From the IMG/VR virus record IMGVR_UViG_3300002220_000189, positions 1-64,000 of that record: a stretch of 64,000 nt of DNA. One strand, 5' to 3'. The translations under genes were made by a program, and so were the position numbers. Source of the stretch: a virus. Its lineage: Duplodnaviria; Caudoviricetes. How positions within the stretch are numbered: position 1 is the first letter of the stretch; the number at the start of each line of letters is the position of its first letter. The notes under the pieces were generated by a model. That model saw only the letters and a list, made by a program, of their open reading frames with translations, ran no database searches and was not told the DNA's origin. Shown here in pieces: positions 29,383 through 38,092 of the stretch.

Positions 29383-30186
29383 ATGAAAGAAACATTACTC
29401 GTTTTGGGTCCATATGTAGGTGATTGGGAAACTGAAATTATTTTATTCAGACCTTATGTTAGATGGATTTCAAAAATCTTATCATATGATAAGATTTTTA
29501 TTTCTACGCATGCTAATAGGTCATTTTTATATAATTGGGTTGATATAAATAATATAACCCCGATTTATGGTAATTTAAGTAGGGACGAATTATATCAAAA
29601 AGGGATAATTAATAAAAATTTACAACAAAAAGATTTTTATATTATTCAAAAACAATTATTACATCAAATACAATCAACTAGAAAAAAGAATAAAAATTCT
29701 ATTTATAACTTCTTTTTAAATTATACAAACAGAAATATTCATTATCCGTTTTATAAAAGAATATATGAAAAAATACCGACTGATATTAAAGAGAGAAATG
29801 GTGTATTTTTTATACCTGATAATAGTGAAACAGATATAAATTTAAGAAAAATATTAGAATGTGTGAAAAATTTTAATCCTATTATAATTGGCGATATGAA
29901 AACACATTTAAATGAAGAAAATATAATACTTAAACAAATAGATTATTTTGAAAATGGATATAAATATATAATAGAGAAGATTTCTAATGCTAAAATTGTT
30001 ATATGTCCGTTAAGTCATTGGACTTTTATATGTGAATTACAAGGAACACCTGTTATTTCATGGGCAACAATTACGAATAATAAATATATGATGTTAGAAA
30101 ATAGTAAGAATTGTGTTATAATAAACGATAACAATATAAATTCAGTATGTAGTGTATTGAAAAGTTATATTGAGAGGTATTTATGA
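29383..30186 (+). CDS. GT9-like glycosyltransferase
   Basis: LGPYVGD; ISNAKIVICPLSHWTFIC...GTPVISW. Confidence 0.5.
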   Translation: MKETLLVLGPYVGDWETEIILFRPYVRWISKILSYDKIFISTHANRSFLYNWVDINNITPIYGNLSRDELYQKGIINKNLQQKDFYIIQKQLLHQIQSTRKKNKNSIYNFFLNYTNRNIHYPFYKRIYEKIPTDIKERNGVFFIPDNSETDINLRKILECVKNFNPIIIGDMKTHLNEENIILKQIDYFENGYKYIIEKISNAKIVICPLSHWTFICELQGTPVISWATITNNKYMMLENSKNCVIINDNNINSVCSVLKSYIERYL

Positions 30187-30488
30187 AATTTATAGATTAT
30201 ATATCTGAAAAGGTTGGTTTTTTTGATAAAGATGCTGATTATATGATAAGAGAAATAGGATCTAATGAGTATGAAGTAACAAAATGGATAAAGGGTAAGA
30301 ATCCAGACGAAATTTATAGATGCTTTCATAATAAATCTAATAATAAGTGGTCCTGTTCATGTCCTGTGAAAGTAATGCCATGCAAGCATGTAAAAATGAC
30401 CAAATCGTGGTTGGCTGCAGGTAAGCCTAATCCATACGAACCTAAAGATATCCAAAAATGGGTAAAAGAATTATTCGGAGACAAATAA
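30183..30488 (+). CDS. SWIM zinc-finger protein with CTS-like N-terminus
   Basis: MKFIDYISE; WSCSCP....CKH. Confidence 0.7.
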   Translation: MKFIDYISEKVGFFDKDADYMIREIGSNEYEVTKWIKGKNPDEIYRCFHNKSNNKWSCSCPVKVMPCKHVKMTKSWLAAGKPNPYEPKDIQKWVKELFGDK

Positions 30489-30491
30489 AAT

Positions 30492-31259
30492 ATGCAATAT
30501 TATGTATATTTATATTTAAATACAATGAAACCGGGTGAATATCAATATGGTGATAACATATTTGAGTATGAACCTATATATTGTGGAATGGGTAAGGGAA
30601 AGAGGGCATATAATCATCTAAAAGGTAATAAATATAATCCATATTTTTATAATACTATAAATAAAATTTTAAAATCTGGATGTAATCCATTGGTTATCTT
30701 TATAAGAAAAGATATAGACCAAAAAGAGGCAAAAGAAGTAGAAATGAGTATTATTGAATGTATTGGTAGGAAAGATTTAAATAAAGGCCCGTTACTTAAT
30801 TTAACAGATGGTGGAGATGGTAAAGAAAATTATATAACACCTAATTATGTAAAATGCAAAATTAGTGATAGTGAAAAAATATTTTATAAATTAAATCCTG
30901 ATAAGAAAAATGATATGAGTTTGAGACAAAAAGAACGATATAATTGTATGACAAGTGATGCGTTTGAAATATATCGTTCAAAACGTAAAGATATAATGAT
31001 AAGACCTGATGTGAGGGAAAAAATAAGTAAGAAAGCCATTGAACGATATTCAAAAATAGAAAATAGAAAATTGATGAGTGAAATTAAGAAACAATACTAC
31101 ATAGATAATCCAGAACATAAAATACCAGAAAAATGTACATTTAAAGGAAGAAGACATTCAGAAGAAACGAAACAGAAAATGAGAGATGCTAAAAATATTA
31201 AATTAAAAAATCCACTTTGTCCTAATTGTCATAATAATATTTGGACTAAGGAGAAATAA
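30492..31259 (+). CDS. GIY-YIG-like homing endonuclease (NUMOD3)
   Basis: YYVYLY, PIYCGMG, GPLLNLTDGGDG, HSEETKQKM. Confidence 0.85.
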   Translation: MQYYVYLYLNTMKPGEYQYGDNIFEYEPIYCGMGKGKRAYNHLKGNKYNPYFYNTINKILKSGCNPLVIFIRKDIDQKEAKEVEMSIIECIGRKDLNKGPLLNLTDGGDGKENYITPNYVKCKISDSEKIFYKLNPDKKNDMSLRQKERYNCMTSDAFEIYRSKRKDIMIRPDVREKISKKAIERYSKIENRKLMSEIKKQYYIDNPEHKIPEKCTFKGRRHSEETKQKMRDAKNIKLKNPLCPNCHNNIWTKEK

Positions 31260-31261
31260 CA

Positions 31262-31543
31262 ATGGGAATAGAAGAAAAATATTTGAGAGAAATTTCTAGT
31301 AAGAAGAAAGATTTAAAAAGAAATTACGAATCATATAATCAAGATAAAGTAGATGCTATTACTGATGAAATTAATTTACTTGTTAATGATTTAGAAAAAT
31401 CAATTAAAAATTTACCTAGAGATTTAAAATTAATTTTAGGTGATGATTTATTGACAGCAAAAGAAAAAACAGCAATTAGAGATTATATTGATAACTTAAA
31501 ACCTTTTGACCTTCAAAGACATATTAAACGTGTGATATGGTAA
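31262..31543 (+). CDS. Hypothetical protein (CTS-like N-terminus)
   Basis: AAGGAG RBS; MGIEEKYLRE. Confidence 0.5.
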   Translation: MGIEEKYLREISSKKKDLKRNYESYNQDKVDAITDEINLLVNDLEKSIKNLPRDLKLILGDDLLTAKEKTAIRDYIDNLKPFDLQRHIKRVIW

Positions 31544-31570
31544 ATAGAAAGAAAGGAAGGAGAAATTATT

Positions 31571-31804
31571 ATGCCTTGGTATGTATATAAATGTGAATGT
31601 GGATATGAATATGATGTTATTGAGTTTGGAGATGAAATAAATAAAGATCATATTTGTATAAAATGTAATAAAAAAATGCAAAGAGAATTTACACCGACTT
31701 CAAATTTTATATTAAAATATAATCCAGCAAAAGATTCCGTTTCGTGGGGAGCGGAATCATATAGTTCCACTCAGAGGAACAGGGAGATAAAAAAGAATGA
31801 TTAA
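31571..31804 (+). CDS. FmdB-family zinc ribbon protein
   Basis: MPWYVYKCECG...CIKC...MQR. Confidence 0.75.
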   Translation: MPWYVYKCECGYEYDVIEFGDEINKDHICIKCNKKMQREFTPTSNFILKYNPAKDSVSWGAESYSSTQRNREIKKND

Positions 31805-32753
31805 TTTTTCAACTAAATTAGAAAGAGCTATCTGTCATGTATGGAATAATGAGACATGGAAAAAAGAATTGGATGATTCTATTGAAGCTGCAAAATCTGC
31901 TGTTGAATGGTTAAAGAAACAAGGAATAACAGGAAATGCGGAATATTATGGCACTAAAAATTTTTCCACAACAGCACAATGGCAAGAATATGGAGGACCT
32001 AAAAGATCAACATCAAAAACAGATTTTATTATAGGAAATTATAGAATTTCATTAAAGGTTGGTAAATCTCGTCTTATGTCTGGTGGAAAACCAGACTCAA
32101 CTGCAATTTTTTCTTGTATTCAACAACAAATGAAATGTCCTAATGATAGAATAAATGAAATTCTTTCATATATTCAAACCTTCATAAACGGTGTGTGTTC
32201 TGATACAGTTGCAAAATCAAGAAAAAATAATGAAATAATACAAGAAGGTGATAAATTACATAAAAAACTTACAGGAATACTCACAGATACTGTAAATAGT
32301 GATAAAGAATTGAGTGTTATGTTTGTACGTGAAGCAATAACAGGAAGATCAAAATTTGGTGATTCACCAGCCGTTCCTACACATCTATTTTCAGTGGGAA
32401 CTTCATACAAATTATATGATGTAAATGATAATTCTATTATGGAAAAAATTGCACAGTCTGCTGATGTAAGAGTATCATTTAAAGCCTCGCATTTAAAAGG
32501 TGCCCCACGTAAAGGATATAGATTTTGGTCTGTTATTGAAATGGCACTTAATAAAATAAGAGAAGAATATAGTTTTCACAGACACGACATGTTATCAGAA
32601 ACTGTTGCATCTGATATGTGGAATAAAATAAAAGGATATTTTATAACATTATTTAATAATATAAAAAGTTACATTAGTGATAATATGAAAAATTTATTAG
32701 ATTTTCTTGAACTTGAACCAGAAATTACATATAATGAGGAGATAGTTATATAA
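31797..32753 (+). CDS. PD-(D/E)XK nuclease-like phage protein
   Basis: SKTDFII...RISLK, EAITG.SKFG. Confidence 0.55.
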   Translation: MINFSTKLERAICHVWNNETWKKELDDSIEAAKSAVEWLKKQGITGNAEYYGTKNFSTTAQWQEYGGPKRSTSKTDFIIGNYRISLKVGKSRLMSGGKPDSTAIFSCIQQQMKCPNDRINEILSYIQTFINGVCSDTVAKSRKNNEIIQEGDKLHKKLTGILTDTVNSDKELSVMFVREAITGRSKFGDSPAVPTHLFSVGTSYKLYDVNDNSIMEKIAQSADVRVSFKASHLKGAPRKGYRFWSVIEMALNKIREEYSFHRHDMLSETVASDMWNKIKGYFITLFNNIKSYISDNMKNLLDFLELEPEITYNEEIVI

Positions 32754-32755
32754 AA

Positions 32756-33568
32756 ATGAATATTACTGTAATCTTGCCTACTAAACAAAATTTTGAACTT
32801 GAACATGATATTAGAAAACAAATTGATATACTTGATGAATTAATAATTTTTGATTCTCCGCAATATCCAGCAAGAAAAATTGATGATATAATAAGAAATT
32901 CTATGAAAGATGTTATTTTTATAGTAAATCCATTATCTATCAGATTATCCGATGAATTTTTAAATACTATACGAGAATATACTGAAAATGGTATACATCT
33001 TAGACAATATAATGAACCACTAGATTGTTTTGTACAGGGATCGTATAAAAATTTTACTAAACATGATTCAATTTGGTTTATAAGAAGTATGTACAAAGGA
33101 GCTTTAAGAGGTTATTCTGGAAGTATGAATTTAGATACTACATTAAGAACTTTAGTAAAAACATTTTATAGTAATATATTTGTTCCTAATGTAAGACTTA
33201 ATATAAATTATGAAGAAATGATGAAAGAATTAAAAGAGGTAGATGTTAAAAAAAAGAGAACTGAATTAGAAGAAAAACTTGAAAAAGAACGAAAAAAACA
33301 GATTCTTAATAGTAATTTAGAAAACGAACGATTGAAAGCAATTGATGATTATAGAAAAGAATTAAGTAAATTAAAATATTTTAAAAAAGTTAAAAAAGAA
33401 ATAATTCCGATACAGATAGTAAAGCCTCAGACAGTAAAGCCTCAGATAGTAAAGCCTCAGATAGTAAAGCCTCAGATAGTAAAGCCTAAAGAAAGTATAT
33501 CAATTCCTAAATTACGGGTTATAGATGTCGAATCTGTAAAAATAGAGGAAATAATTTTAGAGGATTAA
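32756..33568 (+). CDS. Hypothetical (degenerate GT-like N-terminus, coiled coil, QIVKP repeats)
   Basis: ITVILPT start; repeat tail. Confidence 0.4.
   Translation: MNITVILPTKQNFELEHDIRKQIDILDELIIFDSPQYPARKIDDIIRNSMKDVIFIVNPLSIRLSDEFLNTIREYTENGIHLRQYNEPLDCFVQGSYKNFTKHDSIWFIRSMYKGALRGYSGSMNLDTTLRTLVKTFYSNIFVPNVRLNINYEEMMKELKEVDVKKKRTELEEKLEKERKKQILNSNLENERLKAIDDYRKELSKLKYFKKVKKEIIPIQIVKPQTVKPQIVKPQIVKPQIVKPKESISIPKLRVIDVESVKIEEIILED
33413..33487 (+). repeat. 15-bp coding tandem repeat x5 (QIVKP)
   Basis: CAGATAGTAAAGCCT. Confidence 0.95.
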
Positions 33569-33570
33569 TT

Positions 33571-34326
33571 GTGAAAAACAAATTAATTGTGTTTTCGTGT
33601 AGTTATAATTGTGAAAAGTATATAAAAAATCATATTGAAAGTGTGCAAAAACAAACATATCAAAATTTCATTCATATTATTGTGGATGATGCAAGTACAG
33701 ATAATACTTATAAAATCATTCAAAAATATCAAAATAATAATACAATAATATATCACAATACCAAAAATCAAAAATGGATAAAAAATGCAAAAAATTATTT
33801 AAAAAGTAATTCTACAAAAAATTTTATCATTAATGATAATGATATAATAATTTTGCTTGATGGTGATGATTTTTTTGCAAAAAAAAATGTATTAGAAATA
33901 TTAAATAATTTTTATAATAATAATGATTGTTGGATAACATATTCTAGAATGTATTACTTATCTAGGAAAATTACTTCACATTGGATACCAATATATTCAA
34001 AAAAAGATTTAGAACAAAAAAAATTCAGAAATAATATTTGGTCATATACTCATTTACGAACATTTCGTTATTTTCTTTGGAATCATATACAGGATAAAGA
34101 TTTAAAAGATGAAAATGGCGAATATTTTAAATATTGTTATGATCAAATTGTTTGTATACCAATGTTGGAAATGGCAAGTCCTAATCATGTTGGTTTTATT
34201 GATGATATTTTGGTAGTATATAATGATGCGAATCCTTTATCTGTAGAAAAAATCCATAGAAAAGAACAAGAAAATATTAGAGATTATTTATATAGTAAGG
34301 AAAAGTATCATACTTTACATTTTTAA
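33571..34326 (+). CDS. GT2 glycosyltransferase
   Basis: YNCEKYI, VDDASTD, LDGDD, HLRTF. Confidence 0.88.
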   Translation: MKNKLIVFSCSYNCEKYIKNHIESVQKQTYQNFIHIIVDDASTDNTYKIIQKYQNNNTIIYHNTKNQKWIKNAKNYLKSNSTKNFIINDNDIIILLDGDDFFAKKNVLEILNNFYNNNDCWITYSRMYYLSRKITSHWIPIYSKKDLEQKKFRNNIWSYTHLRTFRYFLWNHIQDKDLKDENGEYFKYCYDQIVCIPMLEMASPNHVGFIDDILVVYNDANPLSVEKIHRKEQENIRDYLYSKEKYHTLHF

Positions 34327-34342
34327 TAATAAGTGGTATAAT
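34314..34342 (+). promoter_or_regulatory. sigma70 promoter
   Basis: TTTACA-N17-TATAAT with TG. Confidence 0.7.
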
Positions 34343-34368
34343 GAATAAATTAGAAAGGGAAATATTAA

Positions 34369-34872
34369 ATGAATAATAAATATTGGTCATATTTTAAGTA
34401 TATAATAACTCATAAATGGTATGTATGGAAGGAATGTAAAAAATATAAATTATATTGGCAAGGTATAACACATGATTTATCAAAATTTAGATTAGATGAA
34501 TTTATACCATATGCAAGATTTTTTTATGATGATAATGGAAATTTGAAGCAAAAGAGAGACGAATCAGGATATTATAAACCTACTGATACTGGTGATATAA
34601 ATTTTGATATGGCGTGGGCATTACATTGTAAAAGAAATAAACATCATTGGCAATTTTGGACTACTCCTAATGATTATGAAGGTTTAAAAATTTTTAATAT
34701 ACCAGAAAAGTATATAATGGAGATGATTTGTGATTGGAAAGGAGCGGCAAAAGCACAAGGAATAGAAAATCCTAATATTACTAAATGGTATAAATTAAAT
34801 AGGGTAAAAATGCAATTAAGTAGTAAATCTGCTAAAATGATTGCGGAATATTTAGGGTATATGAAAAAATGA
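34369..34872 (+). CDS. HD-fold protein (DUF5662-like)
   Basis: HKWYV, HDLSK, AW.LH..RNKHHWQ, EMICDW. Confidence 0.75.
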   Translation: MNNKYWSYFKYIITHKWYVWKECKKYKLYWQGITHDLSKFRLDEFIPYARFFYDDNGNLKQKRDESGYYKPTDTGDINFDMAWALHCKRNKHHWQFWTTPNDYEGLKIFNIPEKYIMEMICDWKGAAKAQGIENPNITKWYKLNRVKMQLSSKSAKMIAEYLGYMKK

Positions 34873-35810
34873 TAATACAAGGTAATTGTTTAGAAATTCT
34901 AAAAACATTGGATGATGAGATAGTACAATGTGTTGTGACTAGCCCGCCATATTTTGCACTTAGAAATTATGAAATAGATGGTCAAATTGGAATGGAAGAA
35001 ACACCTGAAGAATATATTTTAAAACTTGTTGAAATTTTTAGAGAAGTTCATAGAATACTAAAAAAAGATGGTACTTTTTGGTTAAATATAGGTGATAGTT
35101 ATGCGGGTAGCAATCAAGGAGTTGGTGCCAAAAAAATAAATCCGTTACAATTTGCTAATAGGGGCACTAATTTTATGCATGATAGAAAAAAAAGTTTATT
35201 ATCTAGACTTCCGGGATATAAGCCTAAAGATCTTATAGGTATTCCTTGGATGTTAGCATTTGCATTACGTAACGATGGCTGGTGGTTAAGACAAGATATT
35301 ATATGGCATAAACCAAGTTGTATGCCGGAGAGCGTAAAAGATAGATGTACAAGAAATCATGAATATATATTTTTACTTACTAAGAATAAGAAATATTATT
35401 ATGATATTGAGGCGGTAAAGACACCATGTAAAGGAAATTGGGGAACAAGAGACAGAAAATTAGGTAAGTATCATAATGAAGGAACTGGTTTGAATCCTCA
35501 TACTGGATTAGATAAGGAATATGAAAAAGCTAATCTCCGTTCAGTATGGTCAATTACAGTAAAACCCTTTAAAGGTGGGCATTATGCGACTTTTCCGCCA
35601 GAATTACCTGAAATATGTATAAAAGCTGGTAGTAAAGAAGGTGATACAATACTTGATCCATTTGTGGGTACAGGAACAACTTGTATAGAAGCTAAAAAAT
35701 TAAAAAGAAAATATATCGGAATTGATATAAATCCAGAATATATAAAAATTACAAAAGAAAGAATCAAAAATGAAGTTCCAGATGTTATAAATAATCCGTT
35801 TATGAGGTAA
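34869..35810 (+). CDS. N4-C/N6-A DNA methyltransferase (beta class)
   Basis: TSPPY, HYATFP, LDPFVGTGTT. Confidence 0.92.
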   Translation: MIIQGNCLEILKTLDDEIVQCVVTSPPYFALRNYEIDGQIGMEETPEEYILKLVEIFREVHRILKKDGTFWLNIGDSYAGSNQGVGAKKINPLQFANRGTNFMHDRKKSLLSRLPGYKPKDLIGIPWMLAFALRNDGWWLRQDIIWHKPSCMPESVKDRCTRNHEYIFLLTKNKKYYYDIEAVKTPCKGNWGTRDRKLGKYHNEGTGLNPHTGLDKEYEKANLRSVWSITVKPFKGGHYATFPPELPEICIKAGSKEGDTILDPFVGTGTTCIEAKKLKRKYIGIDINPEYIKITKERIKNEVPDVINNPFMR

Positions 35811-35818
35811 GGTTGTAA

Positions 35819-36997
35819 ATGAATATATTATTGGTAGAACCAAAGAAGAGTAAAAATTGGGGTAAAAATAATCAATATGTTGGTTTATTAAGAATTGGAA
35901 ATTGGCTTATTCAAGAGGGAAATAATGTACAATATATTCAATTTCCTAATTTACCAAAATTTGTTCCAGATGAAATTTATGTAACGTCAATGTTTACATA
36001 TGATTATAAAATGGTGTGGGATGCAATAGATTTTTATAAGAAGCGATATCCGAAAAGTTATATCAGACTGGGTGGCATATATGCAACGATATGTCCAGAT
36101 CATACTGCTAAAAGTGGTGCTGATGAAGTAATTGCAGGACAGCATCCTGAAGGAAAAGAATATCCGCCTGATCCAAGTATTTTACCATATGAACAAGATT
36201 TTGCATATTTATTTACATCATATGGTTGTAATAGAGCATGTACCTATTGTGCAACTCATATACTTTATGGTGCCGGTATAAGACAGTTATCACCAGATAG
36301 AGTATTGAGTGATATTGTATTTTTAAGAAAGAAGGGTTTCAAGAAGATATATTTTGGTGATGATAATATACTTTATAATTCAGAAAATCATATCAATAAA
36401 GTTTTAGAAGAAATTATAAGAAATAAAATAAAAGTAGAAATTCATATTCCCGGTGGTATGGCTGGTAAGGATTTCACTAAAGAAACAGCATTTTTGATGA
36501 AGAAAGCAGGTGTTACTGAAATAAGTTTTGCTATTGAAAGTGTGTCTGCTGATGTTAGAAAGAAAATGGGAAGAGCAAAGGGTACAACAGAAGATGACTT
36601 GGAAACTGCTTTACAGTATGCTGATGCAGCGGGATTTAAGAGAAATGAGATAAATACATACTTCATTATAGGACTTCCATATCAAAAAGTTGAAGATATG
36701 TCAGAAACACTTGTATATCTTTTGAAATTAGGTGTTTGGGCACATCCACAAAGATTGACACCAATACCTAATACTATTGATTGGAAAAGGATGAAATTAG
36801 AAAATGTAGATTATTCTGATTTGGATTATAAAACTTTTGTTGCACCATCAGAAGATTTTACAGAAGATGATTTAGATAAAATTTATAAGATTGCAAGATA
36901 TTATAATATTGGCAATCGTTATACCGGTGGTTATAATATATTTACAGATGATAGTAAAGTAAGTAATAAAGTAAATGAAGTAATAAGAAAGGAATAA
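35819..36997 (+). CDS. Cobalamin-binding radical SAM protein
   Basis: LGGIYA N-terminal domain; GCNRACTYC; DDN; IIGLP. Confidence 0.82.
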   Translation: MNILLVEPKKSKNWGKNNQYVGLLRIGNWLIQEGNNVQYIQFPNLPKFVPDEIYVTSMFTYDYKMVWDAIDFYKKRYPKSYIRLGGIYATICPDHTAKSGADEVIAGQHPEGKEYPPDPSILPYEQDFAYLFTSYGCNRACTYCATHILYGAGIRQLSPDRVLSDIVFLRKKGFKKIYFGDDNILYNSENHINKVLEEIIRNKIKVEIHIPGGMAGKDFTKETAFLMKKAGVTEISFAIESVSADVRKKMGRAKGTTEDDLETALQYADAAGFKRNEINTYFIIGLPYQKVEDMSETLVYLLKLGVWAHPQRLTPIPNTIDWKRMKLENVDYSDLDYKTFVAPSEDFTEDDLDKIYKIARYYNIGNRYTGGYNIFTDDSKVSNKVNEVIRKE

Positions 36998-36999
36998 AA

Positions 37000-37185
37000 A
37001 TGGAATGTAGTTGTAAAAATTTAAAACCTATTTTTTGGGAAAATCCAGAATCTGAACAACTTGAAGTTGATGTTTTAGTGTGCCAAGATTGTTTAAAAGA
37101 ATACTGTGTATCTTCTTTAACAAAATATGAATATTTTACAGTTATAGAAAATGAAAGGATAGGAAGGAGAAAATTAAATGTCTGA
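37000..37185 (+). CDS. Small Cys-containing protein
   Basis: CSC...CQDC; AAGGA RBS. Confidence 0.45.
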   Translation: MECSCKNLKPIFWENPESEQLEVDVLVCQDCLKEYCVSSLTKYEYFTVIENERIGRRKLNV

Positions 37186-37918
37186 AGAGAAGGATGAATG
37201 GTCATTAATATTAAAGTCTTTTTTTAATGCAAGTATGCGAATTATTGAGTTAGAGGCAAAACTTGAAGAAAGAAATAAACGAATATCAGATTTAACTGTA
37301 CGTATTAATACTATTAACAAATTACAAAGTAAGTATCCAAACAGAGCAAATGGATGTTGTTGTTTATTTGATGATAATGGTAATCAAATAGAATCGTGTA
37401 AATATCATGCAGAAATACGGAATCTGATGAGTAATGAAATTTCTATTATCAGGAGGAAGATTGAAGAAATTGAGAATATAGCAATATCAAAGCAGTGGAT
37501 ATTACAGAAAAGTAACATACCTTTAAAATCAAAAGATGAGAAGGAGAAAATGAAAAAAGAAAATTTATGTGTTGATTTTGATGGCGTTATTCACAAATAT
37601 GTTTCAAAATGGGTATCAGAATATGTTATTCTTGATTCGCCAGTAGATGGTGCATTAGAATTTATAAATGAAGCTGTTAAACATTTTAATGTATATATTC
37701 ATTCAACTAGATGTGGATATCCAGATGGTTGTGAAGTAATATATAATTGGCTTAAAAAATATGGTTTTCCAGTTGATAAATTACAATATACACATTCTAA
37801 AATACCAGCAATTATGTATATTGATGATAGGGGATATCAGTTTAATGGTATATTTCCAAGTATTGATTTTATAAAAAATTTTAAAACTTGGAATTATAAT
37901 GAAAAGATAAGAGATTAA
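37178..37918 (+). CDS. Coiled-coil protein in frame with a HAD-family phosphatase (second start likely at 37550)
   Basis: Internal AAGGAG-ATG; VDFDGVIH, HSTR, K.PA..YIDDR. Confidence 0.7.
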   Translation: MSEEKDEWSLILKSFFNASMRIIELEAKLEERNKRISDLTVRINTINKLQSKYPNRANGCCCLFDDNGNQIESCKYHAEIRNLMSNEISIIRRKIEEIENIAISKQWILQKSNIPLKSKDEKEKMKKENLCVDFDGVIHKYVSKWVSEYVILDSPVDGALEFINEAVKHFNVYIHSTRCGYPDGCEVIYNWLKKYGFPVDKLQYTHSKIPAIMYIDDRGYQFNGIFPSIDFIKNFKTWNYNEKIRD

Positions 37919-37930
37919 GGGGTGCTTAGT

Positions 37931-38092
37931 ATGATTGATAGGTATAAGTTGCAAGTTAAATGTCCTTGGTGTGCTTGGTGTGCAGAGGTTGAGCTAATTA
38001 TTAACGCACCAAAAGAAGCAGTTGACGATGCATCTAAGTTATTAGGTTATGAAATGCAAAAGCATTGGGATATTAGAAAACATGCTTTATGA
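37931..38092 (+). CDS. Small C2H2-like protein (53 aa, not in ORF track)
   Basis: AAGGGG RBS; CPWC...HWDIRKH. Confidence 0.4.
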   Translation: MIDRYKLQVKCPWCAWCAEVELIINAPKEAVDDASKLLGYEMQKHWDIRKHAL

